From: Acidimicrobiaceae bacterium
Lineage (GTDB): Bacteria; Actinomycetota; Acidimicrobiia; Acidimicrobiales; Ilumatobacteraceae
Direction of reading: 5' to 3'
Length of the DNA: 64,000 bases
Assembly: GCA_947446815.1 (NCBI GenBank)
Contig: CANFGT010000008.1
Location: 44,160 to 108,159, forward strand
Part shown: positions 35,078-44,725 of the stretch, piece by piece
Layout of the letters: every line of letters begins with the position of its first letter
How positions within the stretch are numbered: position 1 is the stretch's first letter
Translations under genes and position numbers: made by a program
The notes under the pieces: generated by a model
Told to the model about the DNA's origin: nothing
Database searches by the model: none
The model's input: only the letters and a program-made list of their open reading frames with translations

Positions 35078-37025
35078 CAAACTGACTGCTGATCAAGACA
35101 AACAAGCAATTGCACTTATTCGCGGTATCGCGCTTGATGCGCCTCTGAAGGCAAAGAGCGGTCATCAGGGAACAGCGATGTCGTTGGCTCCTCTGGCACA
35201 CGTGTTGTATAGCCGCATCATGAACCACGATCCAGCCAATCCAGGTTGGATGAATCGTGATCGTTTCATCTTGTCCAACGGACACGCTTCAATTCTGCAG
35301 TACTCAATGTTGTATCTCGGTGGCTGGGGCCTCTCGCTTGATGATCTCAAAAACTTCCGTCAATGGGACTCTGCAACTCCTGGTCACCCTGAAGTGGGAC
35401 ACACAGCCGGAGTTGAAGTAACGACAGGTCCTCTTGGACAAGGTTTCGCTAATGCAGTCGGAATGGCCATCGCTGAATCCCATCTACGGTCCGTCCACGG
35501 AGCAGGTGCAGTTGACCACCACACCTATGTCATTGTCGGAGACGGCTGCTTGATGGAGGGCATTAGCCATGAAGCCGCATCGCTGGCAGGTCACCTCAAG
35601 CTTGATCATCTTGTTTGCGTATTTGACGACAACAAGATCACCATCGATGGGTCAACGGATCTCACATGCACAGACGATGTGCCTGCGCGATTCCGCTCCT
35701 ACGGATGGAATGTCATCGAGGCCGGAGAAATCGCAGAAGATTGCGACAAACTTGAAGCAACTCTCCTAGCAGCCAAGAATCACACTGGCGCTCCGACGCT
35801 CGTCGTTCTGCGTACTCATATCGGTTTTCCTTCACCCGAGATGACTGACAAGCACGAAGCACATGGCAATCCGTTTACTGCTGAACTTGTTACTTCTGCA
35901 AAGAAGGTCATGGGTATTCCCGATGAACCGTTCTGGGCACCCGACGAAATTGTGAGCGCTTATCGTTCGCATGTTCTCGGGCGTGGAACAGAAGCTCGCA
36001 CAGCGTGGGAAGCATCTATTTCTGCTGACGCGAAGGCGTCATTGACGTCGCAGCACTCCTCAGTTGATGTCGAGGCTTTAACTTGCTCGTTGCCGCGATT
36101 CGATGCAACAGCCAATCTGGCGACTCGCCAGGCTTTTCAGAAAGTTCTCGAAGCAACCGATGTTGTTTTGCCGCATGTCATCGCTGGCGCAGCCGACCTC
36201 ACGGGCAATACAGGGGCCAAACTTTCTGCAACCTCAGGATTTTCAGCCGCTAATCGTTCAGGCAAGCAGGTGTACTACGGCATCCGCGAGCACGCCATGG
36301 GTGCAGCAATGGTCGGCATGGCACTGCATGGTGGTGTCATCCCAGTCGGTGGAACCTTTTTCGTATTCGCCGATTACATGCGCCCATCAATTCGTCTGGC
36401 AGCACTGTCGCGCGCACGTTGCGTCTTTGTCTTCAGCCACGACTCAGTTGGTGTGGGTGAAGATGGTCCGACGCATCAGCCTGTAGAACATTTGTCGTCT
36501 CTTCGGTCTATTCCTGGCTTGCAAGTCATCCGTCCAGCGGATCCGAACGAGACCGCACATGCGTGGTTGATGGCAGTTACTCATGACGGACCGACTGCAA
36601 TCATCCTCAGTCGTCAAAATGTTCCGTCTGTCACTGATGGTTCTGCAGTGAAGCCAGGAGCCGGAATTATCAAGAGTGTTGGCTCCCCTGTTGCAACAAT
36701 CATCGGGACTGGTTCCGAAGTGGGGACAGCATTAGAAGCATCGACTCTTCTTGAAGCTGAAGGAATAGCTACAAATGTTGTTTCACTTCCGTCTTGGGAT
36801 CGCTTCCTTGCACTCACAGCTGCAGAACGAAATGCGATTATTCCAACTGCACTACCTCGAATCAGTGTTGAAGCAGGCTCAACTTTTGGTTGGGCAGCTA
36901 TTGCGACTCACAGCGTTGGCATCGACCGCTTTGGCGCCAGTGCACCGGGCAACGTTGTTATGGAGAAGCTTGGCATCACAGCTGCACATGTTGCTGCAAC
37001 AGTGAAAGAAGCACTGGCACTGTGA
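35070..37025 (+). CDS. tkt: transketolase
   Basis: SGHQGTAMSLAPLAHVLY...NRDRFILSNGHAS...GPLGQGFANAVGMA...VGDGCLMEGISHEA...EDGPTHQPVEHL. GTG start overlaps the nagA end by 8 nt. Confidence 0.9.
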   Translation: MANKLTADQDKQAIALIRGIALDAPLKAKSGHQGTAMSLAPLAHVLYSRIMNHDPANPGWMNRDRFILSNGHASILQYSMLYLGGWGLSLDDLKNFRQWDSATPGHPEVGHTAGVEVTTGPLGQGFANAVGMAIAESHLRSVHGAGAVDHHTYVIVGDGCLMEGISHEAASLAGHLKLDHLVCVFDDNKITIDGSTDLTCTDDVPARFRSYGWNVIEAGEIAEDCDKLEATLLAAKNHTGAPTLVVLRTHIGFPSPEMTDKHEAHGNPFTAELVTSAKKVMGIPDEPFWAPDEIVSAYRSHVLGRGTEARTAWEASISADAKASLTSQHSSVDVEALTCSLPRFDATANLATRQAFQKVLEATDVVLPHVIAGAADLTGNTGAKLSATSGFSAANRSGKQVYYGIREHAMGAAMVGMALHGGVIPVGGTFFVFADYMRPSIRLAALSRARCVFVFSHDSVGVGEDGPTHQPVEHLSSLRSIPGLQVIRPADPNETAHAWLMAVTHDGPTAIILSRQNVPSVTDGSAVKPGAGIIKSVGSPVATIIGTGSEVGTALEASTLLEAEGIATNVVSLPSWDRFLALTAAERNAIIPTALPRISVEAGSTFGWAAIATHSVGIDRFGASAPGNVVMEKLGITAAHVAATVKEALAL

Positions 37026-38125
37026 GCGACATACTGCGACGCACCTATTCCGATCATGGACAAAGTCCCTGGTTAGACAATCTGCAACGCAGTTATCTCA
37101 CGTCGGGGAAGTTAGCCGAACTTATTTCTTCGGGTGTGCGCGGATTGACGTCCAATCCGACCATTTTTCAGAAGGCCATTCAGGGTTCATCTGATTATGA
37201 CGACCAATTTGTCAGTGAGATGAAATCTGGTTCTTCTCCGCTCGACGCTTATTGGTCACTGGTTGTGCAAGACATTAATGATGCACTGGACGCCTTCTCC
37301 GGTCTCTATGAAGAATCTGAGGGCGTTGATGGTTTTGTCAGCGTCGAAGTGGATCCCCGCCTTGCTCGCGATAGTGCCGGAACACTGACAGCCGCTCGAG
37401 AATTACATGATCGCATCAACCGACCCAATTTGATGATCAAAATTCCTGCGACAGAAGAAGGATTGCCGGCAATTCGTCAGATGATTGCCGAAGGTCGCAA
37501 TGTCAATGTCACTTTGATTTTTAGTCTCGAGCGTTATCAAGAAGTGATGAACGCGTATATCGCTGGGCTAGAGGACCGTGTGACGAACGGACTTCCTATA
37601 ACGGGCATCCAAAGCGTTGCCAGCTTTTTTATTAGTCGCGTGGACAATGACGTTGATGCCCTTTTGAATCAGAATGCGAGCGACGAGGCTCTTGGTGCCC
37701 GCGGAAGAGTTGCTATCGCTCAGGCCAGATTGGCGTACGAGGCATTCCAAAAGACTTTCTCAGGACCACAGTGGGAGAAGTTGGCAAATGAGGGCGCCTC
37801 AGTTCAGCGACCGTTGTGGGCATCTACCTCTACAAAAAATCCGTCTTATCCAGACACGATGTATGTGGACGAGCTCATCGGGCCATTCAGCGTTAATACG
37901 ATTCCCGAACCGACACTTGAAGCGTTTGCTGATCACGGGTTAGTCGCACGAACCATTGATATCGACGTTGACGGAGCGCGCCTGTTGTGGGACGACCTTC
38001 CACGTTTCGGAGTCGACATGGATATTGTCGCTCGCAAGTTGGAAGCTGAAGGAGTTGCATCCTTCATCAAGAGCTTTGACGAGTTGATTGATGCTCTTCA
38101 TCAAAAGGCTGCCTCCTTAGACTGA
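37022..38125 (+). CDS. tal: transaldolase (long, actinobacterial type)
   Basis: GQSPWLDNLQR...GVRGLTSNPTIFQKAI...FVSVEVDPRLA...MIKIPAT...NVTLIFS...ASFFISRVD. GTG 37022 overlaps the tkt stop (GTGA). The ORF opening at 36890 lies inside tkt. Confidence 0.85.
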   Translation: MSDILRRTYSDHGQSPWLDNLQRSYLTSGKLAELISSGVRGLTSNPTIFQKAIQGSSDYDDQFVSEMKSGSSPLDAYWSLVVQDINDALDAFSGLYEESEGVDGFVSVEVDPRLARDSAGTLTAARELHDRINRPNLMIKIPATEEGLPAIRQMIAEGRNVNVTLIFSLERYQEVMNAYIAGLEDRVTNGLPITGIQSVASFFISRVDNDVDALLNQNASDEALGARGRVAIAQARLAYEAFQKTFSGPQWEKLANEGASVQRPLWASTSTKNPSYPDTMYVDELIGPFSVNTIPEPTLEAFADHGLVARTIDIDVDGARLLWDDLPRFGVDMDIVARKLEAEGVASFIKSFDELIDALHQKAASLD

Positions 38126-38129
38126 GGAC

Positions 38130-39155
38130 ATGGCCAACAAAAATGAAGATGCATGGTCTCTCGAGCGCATCTCTCACGCATTCGAGAATTCTTTACGCTC
38201 TCCGAGCGACAAGAGAATGTTCCTTCGCCTTCTAACTGCAGCCGCAGAGCTTTTGGAGAGCGATGCCTCATCGCTTGATTTCAAGATTGCGAGTACATCT
38301 CTCGAAGAAATGACGAAAGCTTTCGATATGTTCGCCACATATAGAGACGAACCCAAAGTGACCATCTTTGGTTCGGCGAGGATTACGCCAGAAAGCCCCA
38401 TCTATTCAATGACTGCTCGAACAGCACGTGCTCTTGCTGCCGCTGGATTCATGGTTGTGACTGGTGCAGGTCCCGGGATTATGGAGGCAGGCATGCTGGG
38501 AGCAGGCCGCGAAAAATCCATTGGGGTTTCGATTCGTCTGCCCTTTGAAACAGGAGCGAATTCAATTATCGCTGGAGACGAAAAGTATGTGAGCATGCGT
38601 TACTTCTTCACAAGAAAATTGATGCTGGTCAAGGAGTCCCATGCATTTCTTTGTATGCCTGGCGGGTTTGGCACTCTTGACGAAACTTTTGAATTGTTGA
38701 CCCTTGCTCAAACGGCGAAATCCGTACCTGTTCCGATTGTGTTTATGGAAGTTCCCGGTGATCCGTTTTGGACTCCATTGATGAACACGATGGAGCCACT
38801 GTTGCGCCAGCACGGTTTGATCGCGGACAATGACCATACGTTGTACACAATCGTAGATTCCGTCGAGGAAGCAGTTGAAGAGATCGTCGGTTTCTATTCC
38901 AACTATGACTCCATCCGATTTGTCGACGGAAGAATGCATTTACGAATTCAACGTGCGATTCCTGACGCAGATTTCAGGGCCATTGCGTCCGAATATTCAT
39001 ATCTGGCCACCGACGGACTGATCCAGCAAACAACAGCAACGTCGACTGAAATGAGAGACAACGACAAAGTCGAGTTGACACGAATAGCCCTTGATTATGC
39101 GGCCAAAGGTTTCGCATCTATTCGACCACTCATCGATGCTCTCAATCGTTACTGA
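38130..39155 (+). CDS. LOG / TIGR00730-family Rossmann protein with N- and C-terminal extensions
   Basis: Core VTIFGSARI...VVTGAGPGIMEAG...PGGFGTLDE(TFE) is flanked by about 75 aa (N-terminal) and about 100 aa (C-terminal) of unassigned sequence. Confidence 0.75.
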   Translation: MANKNEDAWSLERISHAFENSLRSPSDKRMFLRLLTAAAELLESDASSLDFKIASTSLEEMTKAFDMFATYRDEPKVTIFGSARITPESPIYSMTARTARALAAAGFMVVTGAGPGIMEAGMLGAGREKSIGVSIRLPFETGANSIIAGDEKYVSMRYFFTRKLMLVKESHAFLCMPGGFGTLDETFELLTLAQTAKSVPVPIVFMEVPGDPFWTPLMNTMEPLLRQHGLIADNDHTLYTIVDSVEEAVEEIVGFYSNYDSIRFVDGRMHLRIQRAIPDADFRAIASEYSYLATDGLIQQTTATSTEMRDNDKVELTRIALDYAAKGFASIRPLIDALNRY

Positions 39156-39337
39156 TCCTGTTTCAGGTGCATAACGGCCTTATCAACAGCACGACGTGCT
39201 TGGGAGACTCGCTTTTCCATCGCAGGCCTGGATGTCTCCCCTGCATGTAGAGCATCAGAGATCAAACTCATCGCGACGTCATTCAGCGACTCTGAAATAT
39301 TTTCTAATTGGTTAATGAGATTCTCGAGTTGGTCCAT
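39149..39337 (-). CDS. hypothetical small helical protein (62 aa)
   Basis: MDQLENLINQLENISESLNDVAMSLISDAL... Its 3' end overlaps the LOG-like stop by 7 nt (convergent). No motif recognised. Confidence 0.4.
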   Translation of the reverse strand: MDQLENLINQLENISESLNDVAMSLISDALHAGETSRPAMEKRVSQARRAVDKAVMHLKQDQ

Positions 39338-39421
39338 AGTTCATCTCCTGTTGACGTTTCCACTTTGGCACATGTGTACGGATGCTGTCGGGGTGGGTAC
39401 CAATGGCGTAGCGTATGAGAC

Positions 39422-40162
39422 GTGCTACGTGAAGAAGAACCCCGTGAATGGATCAGTTTCGAAGATCCTGATGAACTTCGTACTTGGATGATTGACGCAA
39501 CTTTTTTGCGCTCTAACTACAAGTGCATTTACGGAGAGGGTTGCCAAGGGGTCCACGATGATCCGACTCCCGAACTGATGCAGGGCTGCTGTTCATTCGG
39601 CGCACACTTTCTGGATGACAAAGACCTCAAATCCGTAAAAAAGTTTGTCAAGCGACTCGAACCACGTCATTGGAAGCATTTCGATAAGGGTCGCGACAAT
39701 AAGTGGTTTATGACCGAGAAGGACGGAAGCAAAAAGACTTCCGTAGTCAAAGGTGCTTGTATCTTCCACAACCCACCAGGCTTTGAGGGCGGAACCGGCT
39801 GTGCATTCCATATCGCTGCCGTAGAAGCTGAAGAACGCCATATGGACTGGAAGCCAGACGTCTGTTGGCAAGTACCTATTCGCCTTGAAGAGCATATTGA
39901 AGACGGCGGATACGTCGTCTCTACGATTCGTGAATGGAAGCGTCGCGACTGGGGCGAAGGCGGAGACGATTTCCATTGGTGGTGTACAGAATCACCAGAG
40001 GCATTCGTCGGCAAAGACCCTGCGTATGTTTTCTTTAAAGACGAGATCACCGAGATGATGGGGCCGAAAAGCTACGACATCATGGTCGCTCAGCTCAAGC
40101 GACCAACAGCGGTGCCACTTCCCCACCCAGCCGTACGCAAGCGTACGAAAAAGAAGAAGTAG
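39422..40162 (+). CDS. conserved-looking Cys-rich hypothetical protein
   Basis: 246 aa with Cys clusters (YKCIYGEGCQGV, QGCCSFGAHF, GACIFHN, GTGCAFH, DVCWQVP, WWCTE) and a KKKK tail. GTG start. No family assigned. Confidence 0.65.
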   Translation: MLREEEPREWISFEDPDELRTWMIDATFLRSNYKCIYGEGCQGVHDDPTPELMQGCCSFGAHFLDDKDLKSVKKFVKRLEPRHWKHFDKGRDNKWFMTEKDGSKKTSVVKGACIFHNPPGFEGGTGCAFHIAAVEAEERHMDWKPDVCWQVPIRLEEHIEDGGYVVSTIREWKRRDWGEGGDDFHWWCTESPEAFVGKDPAYVFFKDEITEMMGPKSYDIMVAQLKRPTAVPLPHPAVRKRTKKKK

Positions 40163-40173
40163 CAGTTAGAGAA

Positions 40174-42012
40174 CTACTTGCCTTTTGATTGACGGCGGCG
40201 ATCCTCAACAGTGAGGTAGCGCTTGCGCACCCGAATGTTCTTCGGAGTCACTTCGACCAATTCGTCGTCACCAATCCACTCAATTGCTGTCTCCAGCGTG
40301 TGAATGATTGGTGCAGAGAGCTTTGGCCCGTCGTCATGGCTGTGCGTACGAATGTTGTTCTTTTCCTTGGCGCGAACCACGTTGAGAACCATCTCTTCGT
40401 TTCGAGCAGATTGACCAACGACCATGCCTTCGTAGACCTCTGTGCTTGGTTCGAGGAAGAATTCACCGCTCTTTTGCAGGTTGTCCAGCGCATAAGCAGT
40501 TGTGGTGCCCATGCGGTCGCTGATCATCGCGCCATTTGTACGGTGAGGCAATTCGCCAGCCCATGGCATCCAGCCTGCGTGAGTCTGGTTCAGAAGTGCG
40601 GTACCGCGCGTTGATGTCATCAACATCGAACGGAAACCAATCAGACCACGCGATGGGGCCTCGAAACAAACGATGGTACGGCCAGGGTCTCCTGTGCGAA
40701 GTTCTGTGACGCGTCCTTTTCGAGGTGCAAGAGTCTGTGTAATGACGCCGACGAATTCGTCAGGGACGTCGCAAGTACCGGATTCAAGTGGCTCATGCTT
40801 CTTGCCATTGATTTCTTTGGTAATTACTTCGGGACGACCCACCTGAAGTTCAAAGCCTTCACGACGCATGTTTTCAATAAGAACTGCCAACTGCAATTCA
40901 CCACGACCAGCAACAGATGTGACGTCAGGTGAATCAGTGTCAGTGATCTTGATGGACACGTTTCCCAAGATTTCCTTATTAAGACGGTCACGAAGGTGAC
41001 GGCTCGTCACGAACTTTCCTTCGCGCCCGGCGTATGGAGACGTGTTCACACCAAATGCCATGCGAATAACTGGTTCGTCGACTTCGAGGCGAGGCAATGG
41101 TGTTGTGACTTCCACGGCTGCCACGGTGTCGCCCACTTCGACTTCGGCGATGCCTGCAAGAACGAACAAGTCACCAGCGGAGATCTCGTCGACTTCTGTG
41201 CGGCCGATACCGTCGAAAACGCTGAGTTGAACAATGCGACGACGAATCGGTGCACCATCTTTGCCCCACAAAGCAACAGTGTCGCCCTTATGCATCACTC
41301 CGCTATGAACGCGACCAATTGCAAGACGACCCAAGTAATCGGAAACGTCGAGGTTCGTCACAAGTGCCGTCATTGGTGCATTGGCGTCATGTGTTGGTGC
41401 AGGAATTGTGTCGAGAATTGTTTCAAGGAGGCACGAAAGGTCTGCATCCGCAGGAGGCATGCCGATGCCGCGCATTGCACGACCTTCTCGAGCAACAGCT
41501 GAGATAACAGGGAATGTCAGTTGGTCGTCATTAGTGGCGAGGTCCAAGAACAATTGTTCAACTTCTTCCAGCACCTCTTGAGGGCGGGCGTCTCCACGAT
41601 CGACCTTGTTGATGACAAGGATTGTGGGAAGTCCAAGCCCGAGAGCCTTAGAAAGCACATAACGGGTCTGTGGCAATGGACCTTCTGCAGCGTCCACAAG
41701 AAGAACAACACCGTCCACGAGCGCAAGAGCTCGTTCTACTTCTCCACCAAAGTCTGCGTGACCTGGCGTGTCCACAAGGTTGATAAGGGTGTCTTTGAAG
41801 TTGATTCGAGCCGCTTTGGCCAAAATGGTGATTCCTCGTTCACGCTCTTGGGCGTCCGAGTCCATCACGCGATCAACAATTGCCTGGTGGGCAGCAAAAG
41901 CGCCGGTGGTCCGGAGCAAGGTATCGACAAGGGTGGTCTTGCCGTGGTCGACGTGCGCGACCATAGCGACATTACGAAGTGCACTCATGGGGGTGTTCAA
42001 ATTTCTGTCCAA
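40174..42012 (-). CDS. typA: translational GTPase TypA/BipA
   Basis: NVAMVAHVDHGKTTLVD (G1), DTPGHADFGGEV (G3) and NKVD (G4). EF-G-like domain layout, 612 aa. Confidence 0.9.
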   Translation of the reverse strand: MDRNLNTPMSALRNVAMVAHVDHGKTTLVDTLLRTTGAFAAHQAIVDRVMDSDAQERERGITILAKAARINFKDTLINLVDTPGHADFGGEVERALALVDGVVLLVDAAEGPLPQTRYVLSKALGLGLPTILVINKVDRGDARPQEVLEEVEQLFLDLATNDDQLTFPVISAVAREGRAMRGIGMPPADADLSCLLETILDTIPAPTHDANAPMTALVTNLDVSDYLGRLAIGRVHSGVMHKGDTVALWGKDGAPIRRRIVQLSVFDGIGRTEVDEISAGDLFVLAGIAEVEVGDTVAAVEVTTPLPRLEVDEPVIRMAFGVNTSPYAGREGKFVTSRHLRDRLNKEILGNVSIKITDTDSPDVTSVAGRGELQLAVLIENMRREGFELQVGRPEVITKEINGKKHEPLESGTCDVPDEFVGVITQTLAPRKGRVTELRTGDPGRTIVCFEAPSRGLIGFRSMLMTSTRGTALLNQTHAGWMPWAGELPHRTNGAMISDRMGTTTAYALDNLQKSGEFFLEPSTEVYEGMVVGQSARNEEMVLNVVRAKEKNNIRTHSHDDGPKLSAPIIHTLETAIEWIGDDELVEVTPKNIRVRKRYLTVEDRRRQSKGK

Positions 42013-42021
42013 AGGACGGTT

Positions 42022-42216
42022 TTAGGCGAGATCGTCGTCCGAGTCGTCGTCATCTTCATCGAAGGTAACGCCATAGCGCTCTGCGATGGCTGCGTACTCG
42101 TCGTCCTCTGCAGGGTTTTCGCGGTCAGATCCGCCGAAACCTAGGTCTGCGGCACTAGGGCCTGCTTGCTTCAGTTTGCGCGCTTCTTCGAACCGGCGAT
42201 GTCGACCTTTTTTCAT
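42022..42216 (-). CDS. small basic-then-acidic protein, DUF3073-like
   Basis: MKKGRHRRFEEARKLKQ...DEYAAIAERYG...DDDDSDDDLA has a basic N-terminus and an acidic C-terminus. The ORF opens at 42243. Family assigned by resemblance. Confidence 0.5.
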   Translation of the reverse strand: MKKGRHRRFEEARKLKQAGPSAADLGFGGSDRENPAEDDEYAAIAERYGVTFDEDDDDSDDDLA

Positions 42217-42305
42217 GGTCGGTCTCCGAACAGTGTTAGGCACAAGGCCGTGTGGACAATCCTGACGAGTTTACATAGGAGAGAGTGGAAATGACGGTCA
42301 TTGCC

Positions 42306-43493
42306 TCAGGCAGAGGGCACATCGACCAAACGAAGGCCATTGCCGCCGAATTCCTTTGTAAAAGTCAGTGCTTTTCGTCCAGCAACGAGGTCTTCGATGT
42401 CGCGCCCCACAATGTCGGCTCTCCATCCCTGGCCCATTCGCGCTGTGGGAGCTCCAGAGAGCAAATCCACAATGTCCTTGCGGGTACCTAATAATCCGGC
42501 GTCTAGGTCGCTCTGACGGGCAAGTTCAGTCACCCATGCAGAGACCAAAGTCGCAGCTGGTCTCATCGTTTTGTCCAGATCTTCACCATCGTTGGAAGGG
42601 AATGACAATTCGCCATCCTCGGAGCGTTGAACACCCACGCGCACGGACTCCAGAAGGTCCCGACCATGAGCACCGCTCACGTGGCGATTGTCGACTCCCC
42701 TGCTTTGCAGCATCTCTTCAGCAGTACGCGGAGCCTTTTGGGCGATGCCGAGAATCGCAATATCGGAGAGAACGTGGCGTGGAGGTAAATCCAAGTCCAT
42801 TGCGCGGTTCTCACGCCATTCAGAAACCGACTGCGCCACCCAACGCGAGCGACCCTTCAACGTACGCACATCTTTCACACGCAACCAAGCGTCTTCAGGT
42901 GGGTTGGGTCCGGTGGGTCGTGTCCGCAATTCTTCACACGCATCGGTCGCCCATTGCATTCGACCACGTACTTCGAGTTGTTCGAAAATCATCGCTGACA
43001 TCTCGCCAAGGTACGCGACGTCTGACGCTGCATAGCGAAGTTGATCATTGGTGAGTGGACGGCGCAGCCAATCGGTCAACCTGTCACCCTTCGGCACAAT
43101 GACTTTTAGATATGACTGAAGCAACGAGGCCAGTGAAGGTTGTGAGTACCCGAGAAATCCTGCACACAGTTGAGTGTCAAGCATTCGAGAAGGAATGAAT
43201 CCACAACTTTGAGCCATGACATCAAGATCTTGTTGTGCTGCGTGCAACACGCACATTCCGGGTCCATCAAATAATGGACGCAACAACTTCATGTTGACTG
43301 CGAGTGGGTCAATGATGACGGTGCGAATCGAGGTGGCAATTTGCACAAGTGCCAATTGTGGGAAATAGGTCTTCTCGCGGTGGAACTCAGTGTCTAAGTA
43401 AAAACTTGGTTCGCTGAGGGACTCTTGAACAAAGGACGTGAGATCTGAATCTGTATCAATCCAGTCGAAGGTGATGTCAGGCCGGTTGGTCAC
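42306..43493 (-). CDS. rnd: ribonuclease D (DEDD 3'-5' exonuclease plus HRDC)
   Basis: FYLDTEF (ExoI), HAAQQDL (ExoII), YAASDVAYL (ExoIII) and an HRDC-like C-terminal region. Start uncertain: GTG 43493, or the ORF opening at 43538, which overlaps the rhodanese gene. Confidence 0.8.
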   Translation of the reverse strand: MTNRPDITFDWIDTDSDLTSFVQESLSEPSFYLDTEFHREKTYFPQLALVQIATSIRTVIIDPLAVNMKLLRPLFDGPGMCVLHAAQQDLDVMAQSCGFIPSRMLDTQLCAGFLGYSQPSLASLLQSYLKVIVPKGDRLTDWLRRPLTNDQLRYAASDVAYLGEMSAMIFEQLEVRGRMQWATDACEELRTRPTGPNPPEDAWLRVKDVRTLKGRSRWVAQSVSEWRENRAMDLDLPPRHVLSDIAILGIAQKAPRTAEEMLQSRGVDNRHVSGAHGRDLLESVRVGVQRSEDGELSFPSNDGEDLDKTMRPAATLVSAWVTELARQSDLDAGLLGTRKDIVDLLSGAPTARMGQGWRADIVGRDIEDLVAGRKALTFTKEFGGNGLRLVDVPSA

Positions 43494-43806
43494 CAGAGAC
43501 CACTTCGTTGCCCTCGATAATCCACGCTGCAGTCCCACCTAAAACATTGATGAATTGCGAGTTATCAAAACGAGTCTGTTGCGAGAGAAATTCGCACGCC
43601 CGAGCGCTGCGTCCCCCAACCTGACAAACGACGTACACAACGTCTTGCGTATCGATGAACTCGAAAGATTCAGTCAGCCCGCTGAGAGGAACATTGACAG
43701 CATTCGGAATATGACCTTCGGTGTACTCAGAAGATTCACGCACATCAATGATGTAGGCACCTTCTAAGTTCGCTAGATCAGCGACAGTGGCTTCGGTCCA
43801 ATTCAT
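43477..43806 (-). CDS. rhodanese-like sulfurtransferase (single domain)
   Basis: YIIDVRESSEYTEGHIPNAVNVP...VYVVCQVGGRSARA contains the active-site loop CxxGxRS. Confidence 0.8.
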   Translation of the reverse strand: MNWTEATVADLANLEGAYIIDVRESSEYTEGHIPNAVNVPLSGLTESFEFIDTQDVVYVVCQVGGRSARACEFLSQQTRFDNSQFINVLGGTAAWIIEGNEVVSGDQPA

Positions 43807-43808
43807 TG

Positions 43809-44384
43809 TCAGATATTAGATGTGTCGCCATCGGCGGAAAGGTCTGCAGGTGAATTTATGTTGCGCACTGCGACTGCAGGTACCGGAACTTCCGCAACAT
43901 CGAGAAGTACTGCAGCACGATGCACAGCACGCTCGTTGCGTTTCCAAACAGATTCAAGCGAGCGCAAGCATTCTTCTTTTGACCAGGCTGCACAAAGCCA
44001 GTTCAAGCGATCAGTTCGGCCCACCGTTGCTTGTGCTTCAGGGAGTGCCTTCACCAAACTGGAGATGACTGAGTCCGTAATAAATGGCATGTCACATGAG
44101 AGAACAACAACAGAGTCATTCGATGCCGCCTTCAGAGCCGTAATGACCCCGCCTAAAGGGCCTTCGCCTGGATAGAGATCCTTCTTCCAAGTGCCCGACA
44201 ACTTTTTAGCCTTGGCTTGGGTACCACCAATCAGAAGAATCTCGTTAGCTCCTGCTTTGGCGGCGGCCTCAGAGACACGTTGCGCCATTGCTATGCCTTC
44301 AATCTCGAAGGTTGCTTTATCGCTACCCATACGAGAGCTGTCACCCCCAATAAGGACGGCAACAGTGAAATTGGCACTGGACAT
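43809..44384 (-). CDS. mobA: molybdenum cofactor guanylyltransferase MobA-like
   Basis: AVLIGGDSSRMGSDKA matches the LAGG-x3-RMG-x-DK motif. LSCDMPF also present. ATG 44384 is preferred over the ORF opening at 44426. Confidence 0.75.
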   Translation of the reverse strand: MSSANFTVAVLIGGDSSRMGSDKATFEIEGIAMAQRVSEAAAKAGANEILLIGGTQAKAKKLSGTWKKDLYPGEGPLGGVITALKAASNDSVVVLSCDMPFITDSVISSLVKALPEAQATVGRTDRLNWLCAAWSKEECLRSLESVWKRNERAVHRAAVLLDVAEVPVPAVAVRNINSPADLSADGDTSNI

Positions 44385-44425
44385 GATGACAACGCTACGG
44401 GTTGAAATGTGCCTAAAGTTGCGCA

Positions 44426-44725
44426 ATGAGCACGATTCTCGCCGTTACTGATGCAAACACCCTCAAGAATGCAGCCCTTGGGCTCTCTGGGGCCTCAATA
44501 GTTATTGCGCTAATTCTGATGAAGGTCATTTCCGGCATTGCGGGAAAGGTCATCTCAACGGTGGTTTTTGTTGCAATTGCTTTGGTGGGTTACTCCCAAC
44601 GCGCTGAAATTACAGATTGCGTCAATCGAGTAAAGACCGAGACAAATGCAGCCACTGCCCAAAGTGTGTCGTGCACCTTTTTCGGTCAGGACATCACCCT
44701 TAAGGTTCCGTCACTTTCAAAGTGA
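44426..44725 (+). CDS. hypothetical small membrane protein (2 TM, 99 aa)
   Basis: GASIVIALILMKVISGIAGKVISTVVFVAIALVGY, with two Cys in the C-terminal part. Overlaps the convergent hydrolase gene by 40 nt. Confidence 0.45.
   Translation: MSTILAVTDANTLKNAALGLSGASIVIALILMKVISGIAGKVISTVVFVAIALVGYSQRAEITDCVNRVKTETNAATAQSVSCTFFGQDITLKVPSLSK

Noticed and set aside
36890-37021. 44-codon N-terminal extension of the transaldolase ORF.
   Set aside because: It lies wholly inside tkt in another frame and is Cys-rich. Transaldolase homology starts at GTG 37022, which overlaps the tkt stop.
42368-43054. 228-aa plus-strand ORF antisense to RNase D.
   Set aside because: Arg/Pro/Ser-rich with no motif. The minus frame carries the DEDD exonuclease motifs.
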